DNA of 64,000 nt from an uncultured virus (IMG/VR IMGVR_UViG_3300042691_030539) (IMGVR_UViG_3300042691_030539); one strand, 5' to 3'; positions 7,628 through 18,168 are shown, numbered from the stretch's first letter. The notes: generated by a model from the letters alone, not told the origin. Translations and numbers: made by a program.

Positions 7628-9889
7628 ATGAGTTGGTACAAATCCGCAGTTGGTAAGGTGAAGAATTATGCTTCATCTTTTTGGTATGATGACTATGATA
7701 CATCATTTGACTATCTTGAAGAATACGGGTCGTTCCAAAAGAAAGATTTGGATGCGTATAAAAAAACCCATAACCTTTACAAATTGGCATCGGTTCGTAG
7801 GGCTATTTCAAATTTCGTTCAAATCGTAACGAACAAATCTATTCCCGTTTCATTCGCAACAAAGAGTGATAGTAAAACGGATGGTAAGCGTGTTATCCTT
7901 TCCGCTGATGTGGATGATAACTTTGACGTTTCGGTTGGGTTGGCATTACACGAAGGTTCACACATTGTACTTTCCGATTTTGAAATGTTGGCAGCACTAT
8001 CCAACGTTAAAGGTGGTATAGAATCTCTGATTAGAAACATTCAATACCAAAAACAAAAAGCAGAACTTGAAGGAGCCGTTGATATCTACGATGAGAACTA
8101 TGTTGCAAAATCAATATCGGATTTCATTGATGGTAGATACCCAAAGTATTCATCTCAAATGAAAGATATTTATCTTACCACAGGTAAAGTTGGTAAGTAT
8201 GGAAATCTAACGGATGAAGTACACAATGTTATTCAGGGATTGACCAATTGGATTGAAGATAGACGTATTGATCATTACATATATAATTCCGCTCCTGGTT
8301 ATAGAGATTATTATCTTTCTATGTATGAACATTATTTCAATGATAAATCTGTAACCAAAGGTATCAAATCCGATGAGTTTACGGAAGAAACGATTGATAG
8401 TTATATGTTCCGAATTATCAACCTATTGAATAGTGAAACAAATCTATCCAAACTGAAAGGACTTCGTACTATATATCGTATGTTGGATTTGAAGAACATC
8501 AGTAGATTGAAAACATCGCAAGATTCTCTAGAACTATCTATCAATATTGTTTCCGAAATACTGAAGCATGTTACGGAAAACCAACAACAAACCGGCGCAG
8601 GTAAGGGTAATGGTAACAACCCTGATGGACAACCACAAAATGGTGATGCGGATGTAAACGAAATGGGTGATGGTAATAACGATGATATGGGTGGTGCAAA
8701 TGGTGATGCGAATGTGCAAGGTCAGAATAGTTCGCAATCAACATCGACGCCCGATAGTGATGGTGAAGGAAAGGATATGTTATCTAAATCCGCTCTTCAA
8801 TCTTTACTTAAAAAGTTCCAAAAGCAAAAAGACTTTCTTAATGGTAATCTGAAGAAGAAAACGATAACAAAGCAGGAGAGTGAGAAGTTGGAAGATATTC
8901 AGGAATCTGGTACGGAGTTGGTACGTGTTGGTTCTGATTATACACGTGATAATGGTACACCGATTGGTAAGGGTGTTGATTGTATCGTAGTGAAGAACCT
9001 TACACCCAAACTATTAGAGAGTTCGGACTTTCCATTCACCAATAGACGTTGGTCAGAAGATGGAGTACATACACCATATATTGATGAAGTGAAGCGTGGT
9101 ACTATGTTGGGTACTTTGTTGGGTAAGAAACTACAAATTCGTAATGAGAGTCGTGAAACAATATTCAGTAGATTGAAGAAGGGTAAGATTGATGGACGTA
9201 TGGTTGCATCGCTTGGATTTGATAACGATAATGTATTTTATCAACGTGATGTTGACCAATACAAAAAAGCAAACCTACATATCTCAATAGATTACTCCGG
9301 CTCAATGAGTGGTAGTAAGTTGAGAAAAGCGATTGTATCTACCGTCGCTATTGTTAAGGCTTGTGAAATGGCACGTAACATCAATACGCAAGTATCAATT
9401 CGTTCAACCGATAGTGGTAGTAGACCATTGCCATACGTTGTATTAGTACACGATAGTCGTAAGAGTACATTCAAACAATTTGCTCACTATATGAGTGCAC
9501 TTGAATGTACAAATACAACACCTGAAGGTTTGTGTTTTGAAGCAATTATGAAGGAACTTATCCCATCTACAAATGATACGGATAGTTATTTCTTAAACTT
9601 TTCGGATGGACAACCAACATACTCAATTCACACAGGTAGTGATGAAATTAGTTATGGTGGTACAACTGCTGCAAAACATACCCGTAAGCAAGTGAAGAAG
9701 ATGCAATCAAATGGTATGAGTATTCTTTCTTACTTTATTACGGAGTATAGTGAAGAACGTTTCCAACATTCATCCGATTGGGAAATATTCAGAGAGAGTT
9801 ATGGACCCGATGCAAAATACATAAACGTAGAAAATATGTTTGAGGTTGCAAAAACGATGAACGAATTGTTCCTTAAAAAAGAGAGATAA
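7628..9889 (+). CDS. vWA-domain protein with N-terminal HExxH domain (MoxR partner)
   Basis: LHEGSH; G/N/D-rich linker; MIDAS DYSGSM, T-P-E and FSDG. Confidence 0.85.
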   Translation: MSWYKSAVGKVKNYASSFWYDDYDTSFDYLEEYGSFQKKDLDAYKKTHNLYKLASVRRAISNFVQIVTNKSIPVSFATKSDSKTDGKRVILSADVDDNFDVSVGLALHEGSHIVLSDFEMLAALSNVKGGIESLIRNIQYQKQKAELEGAVDIYDENYVAKSISDFIDGRYPKYSSQMKDIYLTTGKVGKYGNLTDEVHNVIQGLTNWIEDRRIDHYIYNSAPGYRDYYLSMYEHYFNDKSVTKGIKSDEFTEETIDSYMFRIINLLNSETNLSKLKGLRTIYRMLDLKNISRLKTSQDSLELSINIVSEILKHVTENQQQTGAGKGNGNNPDGQPQNGDADVNEMGDGNNDDMGGANGDANVQGQNSSQSTSTPDSDGEGKDMLSKSALQSLLKKFQKQKDFLNGNLKKKTITKQESEKLEDIQESGTELVRVGSDYTRDNGTPIGKGVDCIVVKNLTPKLLESSDFPFTNRRWSEDGVHTPYIDEVKRGTMLGTLLGKKLQIRNESRETIFSRLKKGKIDGRMVASLGFDNDNVFYQRDVDQYKKANLHISIDYSGSMSGSKLRKAIVSTVAIVKACEMARNINTQVSIRSTDSGSRPLPYVVLVHDSRKSTFKQFAHYMSALECTNTTPEGLCFEAIMKELIPSTNDTDSYFLNFSDGQPTYSIHTGSDEISYGGTTAAKHTRKQVKKMQSNGMSILSYFITEYSEERFQHSSDWEIFRESYGPDAKYINVENMFEVAKTMNELFLKKER

Positions 9890-9892
9890 TCA

Positions 9893-9917
9893 AAAGGGGA
9901 GTTTGACTCCCCTTTTT
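9893..9917 (+). terminator. Intrinsic terminator
   Basis: AAAAGGGGAG-TTTGA-CTCCCCTTTT. Confidence 0.75.
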
Positions 9918-9958
9918 TAATAAAAATAGTTTAATAATAAATCACCAAAAATTAAAAC

Positions 9959-11263
9959 ATGAAAAAGAAAATTGTCAGCAAAACTACTAAAACAAAAACT
10001 ATGGCTCGTAAAACTGCAAAGCGTGTGAGTACACGTAAAAGTACTCGTAAGACAGTGGATACAAACATTGGATTCACAGATGAGTGTTACAAAAGTATTC
10101 AGATTGGACGTTCGTTTGCATTGATGAATACCGCAGGTGATGTTACTCAAAAGGTTGCCGGTATCAGTAAGGCTAAAATGAAAGAAGCTCATACTGAAAA
10201 CAAAGCACTTCGTGGATATGTGGGTAAGACTGGTAACGTAACCTACAAATTGGTTGAGATGGATGAATTCAAAAAGTTGGCTAATGTAATTGATGATAAT
10301 GCGTGTGATAGTGTAAGTGAAGCATTTGAAACACATGATGCGTTGAAGCAGTTTATCCATGAGAAAGGTGCTGAACTGAAACCTGAAGGTTTGTTCATTG
10401 AATCATTGAAGTGGAAATATCTTCTTCGTTCAGCAGTACGTGGTAAGAACATTATGATGTTAGGCCCCACCGGTTGTGGTAAGACACTTGCCGCTCAATC
10501 ATTGGTTAAATCCCTAAAGCGTCCTGATTTCTATTTCAACTTGGGTGCTACGCAAGATGCCCGTGCTACCCTTATTGGTAACACACACTTTAACAAAGAG
10601 ACCGGTACATTCTTTAGTGAATCGGCTTTCGTTAAAGCAATCAAAACTCCTAACGCAATCATTTTGCTTGACGAGTTGAGCCGTGCACATCCAGAAGCTG
10701 CAAATATCCTTATGACTGTGTTGGACCAGGGACAAAGGTATCTCCGTTTGGACGAGGCTATTGATTCACCTATCGTAAAAGTTGCAAGTGGTGTTACATT
10801 CATCGCAACCGCAAACGTAGGTAATGAGTACACCGCAACCCGTGTTATGGACCGAGCCCTTCTCGATCGTTTCGTAACTATTGAGATGGACCTGTTGGAT
10901 AAGCAAAGTGAATATGAGTTGTTGAAATTCAAATTCCCTGAAGCGGATGATTATTCATTGAACGCTCTCGCTGAAATCGCTGAAACAACCCGTCAACTTA
11001 TCAAAACGGATATGAGTAAGGTTTCTACCATTATCTCTACCCGTGTGAATGTTGAGGCTGCCGGACTCATCTATGATGGTTTCACATTGATGGAAGCAGC
11101 AGAGATTGCAATCCTTCCTTATTTCAGTAATGATGGTGGATTGGATAGTGAGCGTGTGTTTGTGAAACAACTTGTTCAGAAATATATTAAAACCGAAGAC
11201 GGTTCTCAACTCTTCAATGAAGTGAATGATGACCAATCCGCAGACGAAACTATTGTTTGGTAG
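9959..11263 (+). CDS. MoxR/CbbQ-like AAA+ ATPase
   Basis: Walker A GPTGCGKT, Walker B ILLDE, ATAN and DRALLDRF. Confidence 0.9.
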   Translation: MKKKIVSKTTKTKTMARKTAKRVSTRKSTRKTVDTNIGFTDECYKSIQIGRSFALMNTAGDVTQKVAGISKAKMKEAHTENKALRGYVGKTGNVTYKLVEMDEFKKLANVIDDNACDSVSEAFETHDALKQFIHEKGAELKPEGLFIESLKWKYLLRSAVRGKNIMMLGPTGCGKTLAAQSLVKSLKRPDFYFNLGATQDARATLIGNTHFNKETGTFFSESAFVKAIKTPNAIILLDELSRAHPEAANILMTVLDQGQRYLRLDEAIDSPIVKVASGVTFIATANVGNEYTATRVMDRALLDRFVTIEMDLLDKQSEYELLKFKFPEADDYSLNALAEIAETTRQLIKTDMSKVSTIISTRVNVEAAGLIYDGFTLMEAAEIAILPYFSNDGGLDSERVFVKQLVQKYIKTEDGSQLFNEVNDDQSADETIVW

Positions 11264-11286
11264 TAGTTAATGGTGATTTGAAAATT

Positions 11287-11311
11287 GGGGTGGCATTTGT
11301 CACCCCTTTTT
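11287..11311 (+). terminator. Intrinsic terminator
   Basis: GGGGTGGCA-TT-TGTCACCCC followed by a T-run. Confidence 0.75.
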
Positions 11312-11332
11312 CTTTTTTTAAAATATGAAGAT

Positions 11333-11983
11333 ATGAATATAGATTACAAAATAACCGAAGTGAAACCAAATGTGTTTGCCGTTATTATAGAAAATAATTA
11401 CGATAGAGCAATGATGTTTTGTAGAGTTCAGGAGTTTTATGAGTCACCTAATCCTAATTTTTGTGGAAAGCATTTTAGTATGTGGGATTATATGAAATGG
11501 TATAGTGAAGAATATGGTAGAGGTTTTAGTTATGGTAGTGATTGGAGTGGATTTAATATTCCGTTTGATGTGTTACACAATTGCTATGATAATATTGATA
11601 AATTTGAAACGCCATATGATGCCATTATGTATAAAATATATTGGGAAATTCGTACAATGAAAGGTGATGGTAAAGCATATGTAATTGGTGCTGCAAATAC
11701 GGAAGGTGATACATTCAAACATGAAATATGTCATGGATTATACTCAACGAATAAAAACTATAAATCATTCGTCAATGAGATAACCGATACAATACCATTG
11801 AAGGAATACACTACATTCAGAAACAACCTTATTCAAATGGGATATACCGATAAAGTTATTGCTGATGAAATACAGGCGTATCTAACATTCGGACATGATT
11901 ACCAAAAGTTCAATAATGGTGTAGATAAAAAACTTTGTAAAAACTTAAACAAAGAGTATATAAAAGTATTTAATAATTTTTAA
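11333..11983 (+). CDS. Hypothetical protein with HExxH motif
   Basis: ATG 11333; KHEICHG and DEIQAY. Confidence 0.75.
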   Translation: MNIDYKITEVKPNVFAVIIENNYDRAMMFCRVQEFYESPNPNFCGKHFSMWDYMKWYSEEYGRGFSYGSDWSGFNIPFDVLHNCYDNIDKFETPYDAIMYKIYWEIRTMKGDGKAYVIGAANTEGDTFKHEICHGLYSTNKNYKSFVNEITDTIPLKEYTTFRNNLIQMGYTDKVIADEIQAYLTFGHDYQKFNNGVDKKLCKNLNKEYIKVFNNF

Positions 11984-12165
11984 ATTTAAATGATATGCAA
12001 ATAACAGATGAACAAAAGCAGGACATTCAAATGATTCTTTCAGATGCAAAGGATTGGGGAGTAGAAAAGCAAGTTGAGAAAAAAGCAAAAGAGTATATCA
12101 AAGAAGGACATGGTATAATTGATGCATACCATTACGCATTTGAAGATTGTATAAACTAATTTTTT

Positions 12166-12477
12166 ATGTTAAAAATTAAAAACAAAGAAAAAGTAATTGG
12201 TCACACATTTGTGAACGATAGATTTGTTTGTAAGAGTGTTCATGACGATGATGTATCATCTATAAGATTTCAGTTTGAAGATTTGGGTGCACCCACAAAG
12301 AGTTTTACTTGGATTGAAATGAGTAAGCACAAAGAGTGGGATAATCACGATAAAGATTGGTATTATAAATTAAGATATAGAAATGCTCCTGAACATAGAG
12401 TTACTTTGGATTATTTCAATCACATTCAAAATGTATTATCAACCTTTGAAGATGCACTAAAAACAACTATAAAATGA
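12166..12477 (+). CDS. Hypothetical protein (IxN family)
   Basis: ORF; see paralog finding. Confidence 0.7.
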   Translation: MLKIKNKEKVIGHTFVNDRFVCKSVHDDDVSSIRFQFEDLGAPTKSFTWIEMSKHKEWDNHDKDWYYKLRYRNAPEHRVTLDYFNHIQNVLSTFEDALKTTIK

Positions 12478-12797
12478 AATTAACAATTGAAAATATTGAA
12501 ACGATTGAAGGTATCAGGGATCCAGTAGGATTGATACAAATCAGAAATGTTCACGTTAAACCAACAGAGTACCAAATCCTATTTTATAATGAACACTATT
12601 CGGGTAATTGGGAAGTTGTGATTTATAGATATAAAGAAAATGTTGGAGATAGTTACGATGTTGATTTTACCAATATTGATACATCTGGGAATTGGGAAAA
12701 ATATACAATAGTAAACTATCAGATGAAGGATGTTGAAACATTCTTTGATTACCTTAATAATACTTGTCACGATTTTGATATTATACACAATAAATAA
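12474..12797 (+). CDS. Hypothetical protein (IxN family)
   Basis: Overlaps the upstream stop; see paralog finding. Confidence 0.7.
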   Translation: MKLTIENIETIEGIRDPVGLIQIRNVHVKPTEYQILFYNEHYSGNWEVVIYRYKENVGDSYDVDFTNIDTSGNWEKYTIVNYQMKDVETFFDYLNNTCHDFDIIHNK

Positions 12798-12805
12798 AAA
12801 AACAT

Positions 12806-13213
12806 ATGGGATTCGCAGGAACAACAAGAGCAATTTATACGCAGGGTAGAATACAAAAAATGCGTAGTGAAAGAAAAACAAAAAAAGCAAAGGTTGATGG
12901 AGTACCGGATGATAAATACATTCGGAGTATGGGTGACCTAATTGGTGCCGGACATTTGAGATTCAATTCTATCAGTAATGTTAATATAAAGACTGAACAG
13001 ATTGTATTACCACATCAGCAAAAAATGATTAAGAAAACGGTTGAATTACAAAAGTTAAATAGAGAGGATGCAGGACTAGGTGAAGGACCTGATATGGTTG
13101 GGTATTTGGCAAGTGGACATCCTAAAGATCCTACCTTTCAAATAAAGGGTTGGATTAATGAAGATGGTTCCATACGATTGGAGTTAGTAACAAATCATAC
13201 AATGATACCATAA
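12806..13213 (+). CDS. Hypothetical protein
   Basis: 135-aa ORF in operon. Confidence 0.7.
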   Translation: MGFAGTTRAIYTQGRIQKMRSERKTKKAKVDGVPDDKYIRSMGDLIGAGHLRFNSISNVNIKTEQIVLPHQQKMIKKTVELQKLNREDAGLGEGPDMVGYLASGHPKDPTFQIKGWINEDGSIRLELVTNHTMIP

Positions 13214-13578
13214 TGATAAAGAACTTTAAAGAAAAAACAGAACATCGTTACATTAATGTTTGTATTTATCCACAAACCATAGCAATGTATGAAATTGTTG
13301 AGTCTTGGACCGAAGAATTTGTTAATGGAGATTGGGCTGGGTTGGTTAGATTACGATACAATGGTTCTGATTTCGTAGATAAAGTTCCCAAAGAGTTTAT
13401 CATCGAAACAAGAATTACAGAACCAAAAAATCTATTTTACGATGTAATGTATTTACGAAAGGATGGTAGTTTTAAAAATGAAATGGTATTACATCATGCC
13501 GAATTAAAAAGTTACGATAATTGGGTTAATGCAGTAAGTAGGTGTACATTGCAGGCCGGAGATTCTATATTACCTTAA
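13213..13578 (+). CDS. Hypothetical protein (IxN family)
   Basis: TAATG coupling. Confidence 0.7.
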   Translation: MIKNFKEKTEHRYINVCIYPQTIAMYEIVESWTEEFVNGDWAGLVRLRYNGSDFVDKVPKEFIIETRITEPKNLFYDVMYLRKDGSFKNEMVLHHAELKSYDNWVNAVSRCTLQAGDSILP

Positions 13579-13596
13579 AAATTAAAAACAAATAAC

Positions 13597-14244
13597 ATGC
13601 CAAATTGGTGTTCAAACAGTCTAATCGTTGATGGGGACCAAAAATCAATTGATGACTTTAAAAGTAAGACGGTCGTAGTGAATGAAAATGGAAATGAAGA
13701 TTTCACAATGCGGATTCTACTACCAACCCCAAAAGAATTGGAAGAAATGACTTCCCCTGTAATGTGGAGAGGTGATGAAACCGATACAGAAGGTAAAGAG
13801 GCACATGAAAAGTATGTTGCTGAATTGGTTGATAAGTATGGGCATAGTGATTGGTATAATTGGAGATTGGAAAATTGGGGTACAAAGTGGGATGTTGCAG
13901 AAAGTTATATACCGGATGAAGAAGAAGGAATGTTTTTGGTTCATTATGATACTGCATGGTCACCAAACATAAATTGGGTAAACTATGTTTCAACTTTATA
14001 TCCAACACTTTCGTTTAAACTAACATACGAAGAACCGGGCTGTGGATTTTGCGGTTGTTACGAAGTGAAAAATGGTGGTGAAGATTTTGAATCGTTGCTT
14101 GAGGGTGATTTGGAATGGCAGGATGATGATGGTCGTGAAGTTTATTATGATAGTGATAAAAGTTTATATCGTTATTGTGATACGGATGAATTGATTGAAG
14201 ATGAAGATTTTTGGGCGCAACCATATAACCCATACATTCAATAA
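13597..14244 (+). CDS. YubB/DUF1281-like ferredoxin-fold protein
   Basis: MPNWCSN, NWGTKWD, DTAWSP and YEEPG motifs. Confidence 0.8.
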   Translation: MPNWCSNSLIVDGDQKSIDDFKSKTVVVNENGNEDFTMRILLPTPKELEEMTSPVMWRGDETDTEGKEAHEKYVAELVDKYGHSDWYNWRLENWGTKWDVAESYIPDEEEGMFLVHYDTAWSPNINWVNYVSTLYPTLSFKLTYEEPGCGFCGCYEVKNGGEDFESLLEGDLEWQDDDGREVYYDSDKSLYRYCDTDELIEDEDFWAQPYNPYIQ

Positions 14245-14290
14245 CATAGTATCATATTATAAAAATTAATAATATGATGAAATAGTGGAT

Positions 14291-14484
14291 ATGCCTAACT
14301 CGTTGATTTTCAATGGGTTAGGCATAACTCGTTGATTGTCAATGGAAAAAAAGTTTATTGACAATCAATGACTTACGCATTTAGGTTATAGGGGCAATTT
14401 CATAACTCGTTGATTGTCAATAAACTTTTTTTGATAAACATTTGGCCAGTAACAAAAAAAGTCGTATCTTTACGAAGTAAAGTT
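14291..14484 (+). promoter_or_regulatory. Operator cluster 2 (four sites) plus promoter
   Basis: Repeated TAACTCGTTGATT(G/T)TCAAT in both orientations; TTTG 14441 and TATCTTTA 14465. Confidence 0.75.
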
Positions 14485-14543
14485 CAAATCAATTTTATAG
14501 AGGGGTGAATATTGCCCCATTTTTTATGTCTAAAATGTATGTT

Positions 14544-14987
14544 ATGAGTAAATTACACAAAATTACACCCAATCATTTGAGTAACCTATTTAATACTGAT
14601 GGTAAAAAATTGAATGGTGCTCCGTTCACAATTAAGAGTATGAAAACGGGCAAAGATTATACCTTCAAAATTTCACAGGTACCTTTCAAAGAAAAAAGTT
14701 TCATTCACATTAAAGTTGAAAAGGGTTATTTGAACTTTGGGTATATTGGTTACTTTAAAGATGGTAACATTGTTCGTAGGCACAAAGTAACAAATCAATT
14801 GGAAACAATATCAACTCCCGCCGCAACCGCAGTTGCTTGGTTGTTGAGACAATTGAGAGATATGAAATACGAATTACTCTCAAATAGTGTTGAAATATAT
14901 CATTTGGGCAAATGTTTGAAATGTGGTAAAACACTTACCGATTCGGATAGTATTGAATATGGATTGGGACCTGTATGTAGGAACTAA
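14544..14987 (+). CDS. DUF6011-like protein with C-terminal Zn ribbon
   Basis: TGKDYTFKI; CLKCGKTLTDSDSIEYGLGPVC; start could be 14526. Confidence 0.75.
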   Translation: MSKLHKITPNHLSNLFNTDGKKLNGAPFTIKSMKTGKDYTFKISQVPFKEKSFIHIKVEKGYLNFGYIGYFKDGNIVRRHKVTNQLETISTPAATAVAWLLRQLRDMKYELLSNSVEIYHLGKCLKCGKTLTDSDSIEYGLGPVCRN

Positions 14988-15035
14988 TTCAATGAATAAT
15001 CAGTTAATAATAATCATCATTAAAAATTTAAGTAT

Positions 15036-15851
15036 ATGAGTACAATGAAATTTACAACAATCGGTAATGCTAAAAAACAAACCGGTCTTTCTTATTTAGG
15101 TAGTGTGGCATCTTCATCTAAAATCGCTAAAGGTTTAAAGTATAATGAAGCTACATACATTTTGTATTTGGCACCGGCTTCAATGAGTGGTTACAATGTG
15201 TGTCCTATGAGTACCGAAGAATGTAGAACGGCTTGTTTGAGTGAAAGTGGACACAATCGTATTGATGTTAAGAAGAACGCAATCAATAAAGCACGTATCG
15301 CTAAAACAAAGTTATTCTTTGAACATAGAGAATTCTTTATGGGTTGGTTAGTTACCGAAATTGAGAAAGCTAAATATCAAGCAGAAACAAATGGTATGAG
15401 ATTTTCAGTTCGTATCAATGGTACATCTGATATTGAACCCACCCGTTTCCAACACAATGGTAAAGTATTGTTTGAATTGTTTGATGATGTTCAGTTCTAT
15501 GATTATACGAAAGTAGCTAAACGATTTGGTTTATTACAATTCTATCCTAACTATGACTTAACATATTCATTCAGCGGGCACAATATGTTTCAATGTTTGG
15601 ATTTGTTGAATAAAGGTAACGGACGTGTGGCTATGGTATTTGAAGGTAAAGTATTACCAACATCATTTATGGGTTACAAAGTAATTGATGGTGATGAATA
15701 CGATATGAGATATTTGGATGAGCAAGGTGTTATCGTAGGTTTGAAGTTTAAGAAAGTTCGTAACAAAATTGATACAGCAAATAACGCATTCATCATTCCA
15801 ATGGATTCTAAATTTAGTGTTTATGAAAAACAAAGTGAAAAGATTAAGTAA
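15036..15851 (+). CDS. Phage Gp88-like protein
   Basis: VCP...CRTACL; VRINGTSD; QFYDYTK; NYDLTYS. Confidence 0.75.
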   Translation: MSTMKFTTIGNAKKQTGLSYLGSVASSSKIAKGLKYNEATYILYLAPASMSGYNVCPMSTEECRTACLSESGHNRIDVKKNAINKARIAKTKLFFEHREFFMGWLVTEIEKAKYQAETNGMRFSVRINGTSDIEPTRFQHNGKVLFELFDDVQFYDYTKVAKRFGLLQFYPNYDLTYSFSGHNMFQCLDLLNKGNGRVAMVFEGKVLPTSFMGYKVIDGDEYDMRYLDEQGVIVGLKFKKVRNKIDTANNAFIIPMDSKFSVYEKQSEKIK

Positions 15852-15969
15852 TAGTTCAAAAAGAAAGGACCAGCTTGAGGCTGGTCTTTTTGATGGTAGA
15901 TTCCGTCAAAGAGTAGTTGTTGATAAAAAGAAAAAACAGAGTCGTAATTGGGCTCGCAAAAATAAATAA
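15823..15969 (+). CDS. Small basic protein
   Basis: ATG 15823; GLFDGRFRQRVVVDKKK. Confidence 0.6.
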   Translation: MKNKVKRLSNSSKRKDQLEAGLFDGRFRQRVVVDKKKKQSRNWARKNK

Positions 15970-15970
15970 T

Positions 15971-16327
15971 ATGAATAAGTTTAATGAGTATTTCAGTAAT
16001 GACCCGAACAATGACACGGATGTGTATAATGAAAATAGTATGTTGAATGAGTATTTTGATATGATTAAGAAGCACGATTACTCACATATGTTTTCAGATG
16101 ATAATCGTCATTGGTTGAGTGGTGAACGAAGTGAAAAACAAATCAAATCATTGATACATTCTCTTTGTACGATTGTTCGTATGGATGCTGAACGATTATT
16201 GGAAGATAGTTTGTATGAGGTTGATGAACAATATAGAGATGGATTAACTCACAAAACTATTCGTGGTTGGTTCGTACCTTATGTAGAGAATGTTAATAAT
16301 ATATTTACCAAACCCAATTTTGAATAA
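15971..16327 (+). CDS. Hypothetical protein
   Basis: ATG 15971; HDYSHMFSDD. Confidence 0.7.
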   Translation: MNKFNEYFSNDPNNDTDVYNENSMLNEYFDMIKKHDYSHMFSDDNRHWLSGERSEKQIKSLIHSLCTIVRMDAERLLEDSLYEVDEQYRDGLTHKTIRGWFVPYVENVNNIFTKPNFE

Positions 16328-16328
16328 T

Positions 16329-16586
16329 ATGAAGAAAGTAAAAGTTAAATTAGAAATGACACAATGTATTAAGTGTGGTGGTGATATGCCCGTTTTGAGA
16401 GTAGTGAAGTATGGTTACAAACATTGTGTTAATTGTAGTTCAGTACAACGTGTTGGTGGTGTACAAATAGCTAACCACAAAACAGGTAACGAAATACAAG
16501 TCCTTCCTATGGAGGTAGCTGATAATCTTAACCGGCTTGCCGCACGTAGTGGTTATGGTGTGTGTAAAGGTATGAAACATAATTAA
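16329..16586 (+). CDS. Zinc-finger protein
   Basis: CIKC...CVNC. Confidence 0.7.
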   Translation: MKKVKVKLEMTQCIKCGGDMPVLRVVKYGYKHCVNCSSVQRVGGVQIANHKTGNEIQVLPMEVADNLNRLAARSGYGVCKGMKHN

Positions 16587-16603
16587 TAACTAAAACAAAG
16601 TAT

Positions 16604-16831
16604 ATGTCAAACGGAATTAAACCCTGTGTAATTGAGGAAGGTAATCTTGCCGCTGTAAAATCTACCGATGATTTCGGTGGACCTAATAAATGGCATCTAC
16701 ACGTAAAAACGACTAGGGGTTATTGGGAAAGTGTACAATGGATGGATGTATATAACATACAAATGTTTTTCAAAACAAAATTACCCATCTACAAAGAAAA
16801 TGAACCCGAATATTATTTAGAGCAAGTATAA
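16604..16831 (+). CDS. Hypothetical protein
   Basis: ORF in operon. Confidence 0.65.
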   Translation: MSNGIKPCVIEEGNLAAVKSTDDFGGPNKWHLHVKTTRGYWESVQWMDVYNIQMFFKTKLPIYKENEPEYYLEQV

Positions 16832-16841
16832 AATAAATAAT

Positions 16842-17258
16842 ATGTTTGTAAAACAAATGAGAGAATTAGAAAGACAACACACAATAGTAAGTTATAAAAA
16901 AACAAATATGAGTAAAGAAAAATTAATTGAAATCGTAGATGGCATTCGTATCACAAAACCATGGAATAAGGAAATGTACGAACATAATGATAGGGTGGCG
17001 TATGAAATGAAAAAGAATATCTTTAATGCTATGAATGATGCGTACAAATCAGATAATGAAACATTGTTGAGGGTGTTGGGTAAATTTGTATGTTCGTATG
17101 GATTTGGACAGGGGTATGAATTGGATGAAATGTATGAAGAGATTTGTAGAGAGTTGGATAATGTACAAAACTTTTGGTTGAATGACATTTACCCTGATAT
17201 GGTAAAAGATGGATTAGTACCGGCAACCAAACACAATTTCGTAGGATATAAAAAATAA
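16842..17258 (+). CDS. Hypothetical protein
   Basis: ORF in operon; start uncertain. Confidence 0.65.
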   Translation: MFVKQMRELERQHTIVSYKKTNMSKEKLIEIVDGIRITKPWNKEMYEHNDRVAYEMKKNIFNAMNDAYKSDNETLLRVLGKFVCSYGFGQGYELDEMYEEICRELDNVQNFWLNDIYPDMVKDGLVPATKHNFVGYKK

Positions 17259-17260
17259 TA

Positions 17261-17959
17261 ATGAAACCACAATATAAAAGTATTATGAAAAGAACATCAA
17301 CATACATAGCCACTATTCCAATGAAGAATATTGAGCAAGTTATCGAAGTGAAAAAAACATTAGAACAAATATTCGGATGGGTTGTATTGAGAGGCCGTCA
17401 TAGTGATAGGAAAAAAGTATTGGGTGACCGATATTATAGAGGTTCTCAAAATGACATTCCTTGGCGTAAGGCCGAACGAATTGATATATACCTTCACCCA
17501 CAAAATCCTAACTACAAATCAGCAGGACAGGGTAAGGGTATTCAAAGAAAGAATCTACAAACATTTAATGTACATGCTATGGCATTGGGTATGCAGGGTT
17601 TGGGATTTTATGATTTACATCTTAAACAATTAAAGGAAAAAGCATTGCGTAGTGCTAAATTGCAACGAAAGTTGATGAAAGAAAAATATGATAACAAACA
17701 ACAACGATTGGTTAGGGGTGATTGGGGATATGTAGCACAATCTATTTTGGATTTTGTTGAAAATAATAATCCAGCTACGTTTACTGAAATCAAAGAATTT
17801 TATGATGTGGTATTGAGAGGCAAATCTAAAAGAGAAAATGGTGGTTCATTTATTCATCACTTACAATCATTAAGTAATGTGAGAAAATCTAAAAACCGCC
17901 GATGTGGTAGAATGTTGGTAAAAGATAATGGTAAATGGATAATATCAAAAGTGAAATAA
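17261..17959 (+). CDS. Basic hypothetical protein, possible C-terminal winged helix
   Basis: ILDFVENNNPATFTEIKEFY pattern. Confidence 0.65.
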   Translation: MKPQYKSIMKRTSTYIATIPMKNIEQVIEVKKTLEQIFGWVVLRGRHSDRKKVLGDRYYRGSQNDIPWRKAERIDIYLHPQNPNYKSAGQGKGIQRKNLQTFNVHAMALGMQGLGFYDLHLKQLKEKALRSAKLQRKLMKEKYDNKQQRLVRGDWGYVAQSILDFVENNNPATFTEIKEFYDVVLRGKSKRENGGSFIHHLQSLSNVRKSKNRRCGRMLVKDNGKWIISKVK

Positions 17960-17960
17960 T

Positions 17961-18167
17961 ATGATAATAACAATTTTATTAGTATGGATATTGTTGACGT
18001 ATCCAATGGTTAAGGAAACATTACGATTGATGGAAATGGAAGATAGACCGGAAAGACATAGTTTATCTTTCCAATTCATATTGGTAATCCAATGTATGGT
18101 TCATGTTCCGTTATATTATCCGTTGGTTATTATGGGAGGTATTGGTAAATTTTTTAAAAAGAAGTAA
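17961..18167 (+). CDS. Small membrane protein
   Basis: Two hydrophobic segments. Confidence 0.6.
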   Translation: MIITILLVWILLTYPMVKETLRLMEMEDRPERHSLSFQFILVIQCMVHVPLYYPLVIMGGIGKFFKKK

Positions 18168-18168
18168 T

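Noticed and set aside
9917..11236. Several long minus-strand ORFs over the AAA ATPase (and similar ones throughout the window)
   Set aside because: Antisense shadows of well-supported + strand genes.
14291..14425. Possible mini-CRISPR array
   Set aside because: Repeats are degenerate, in both orientations and irregularly spaced, with no spacer pattern; no cas genes in the window.
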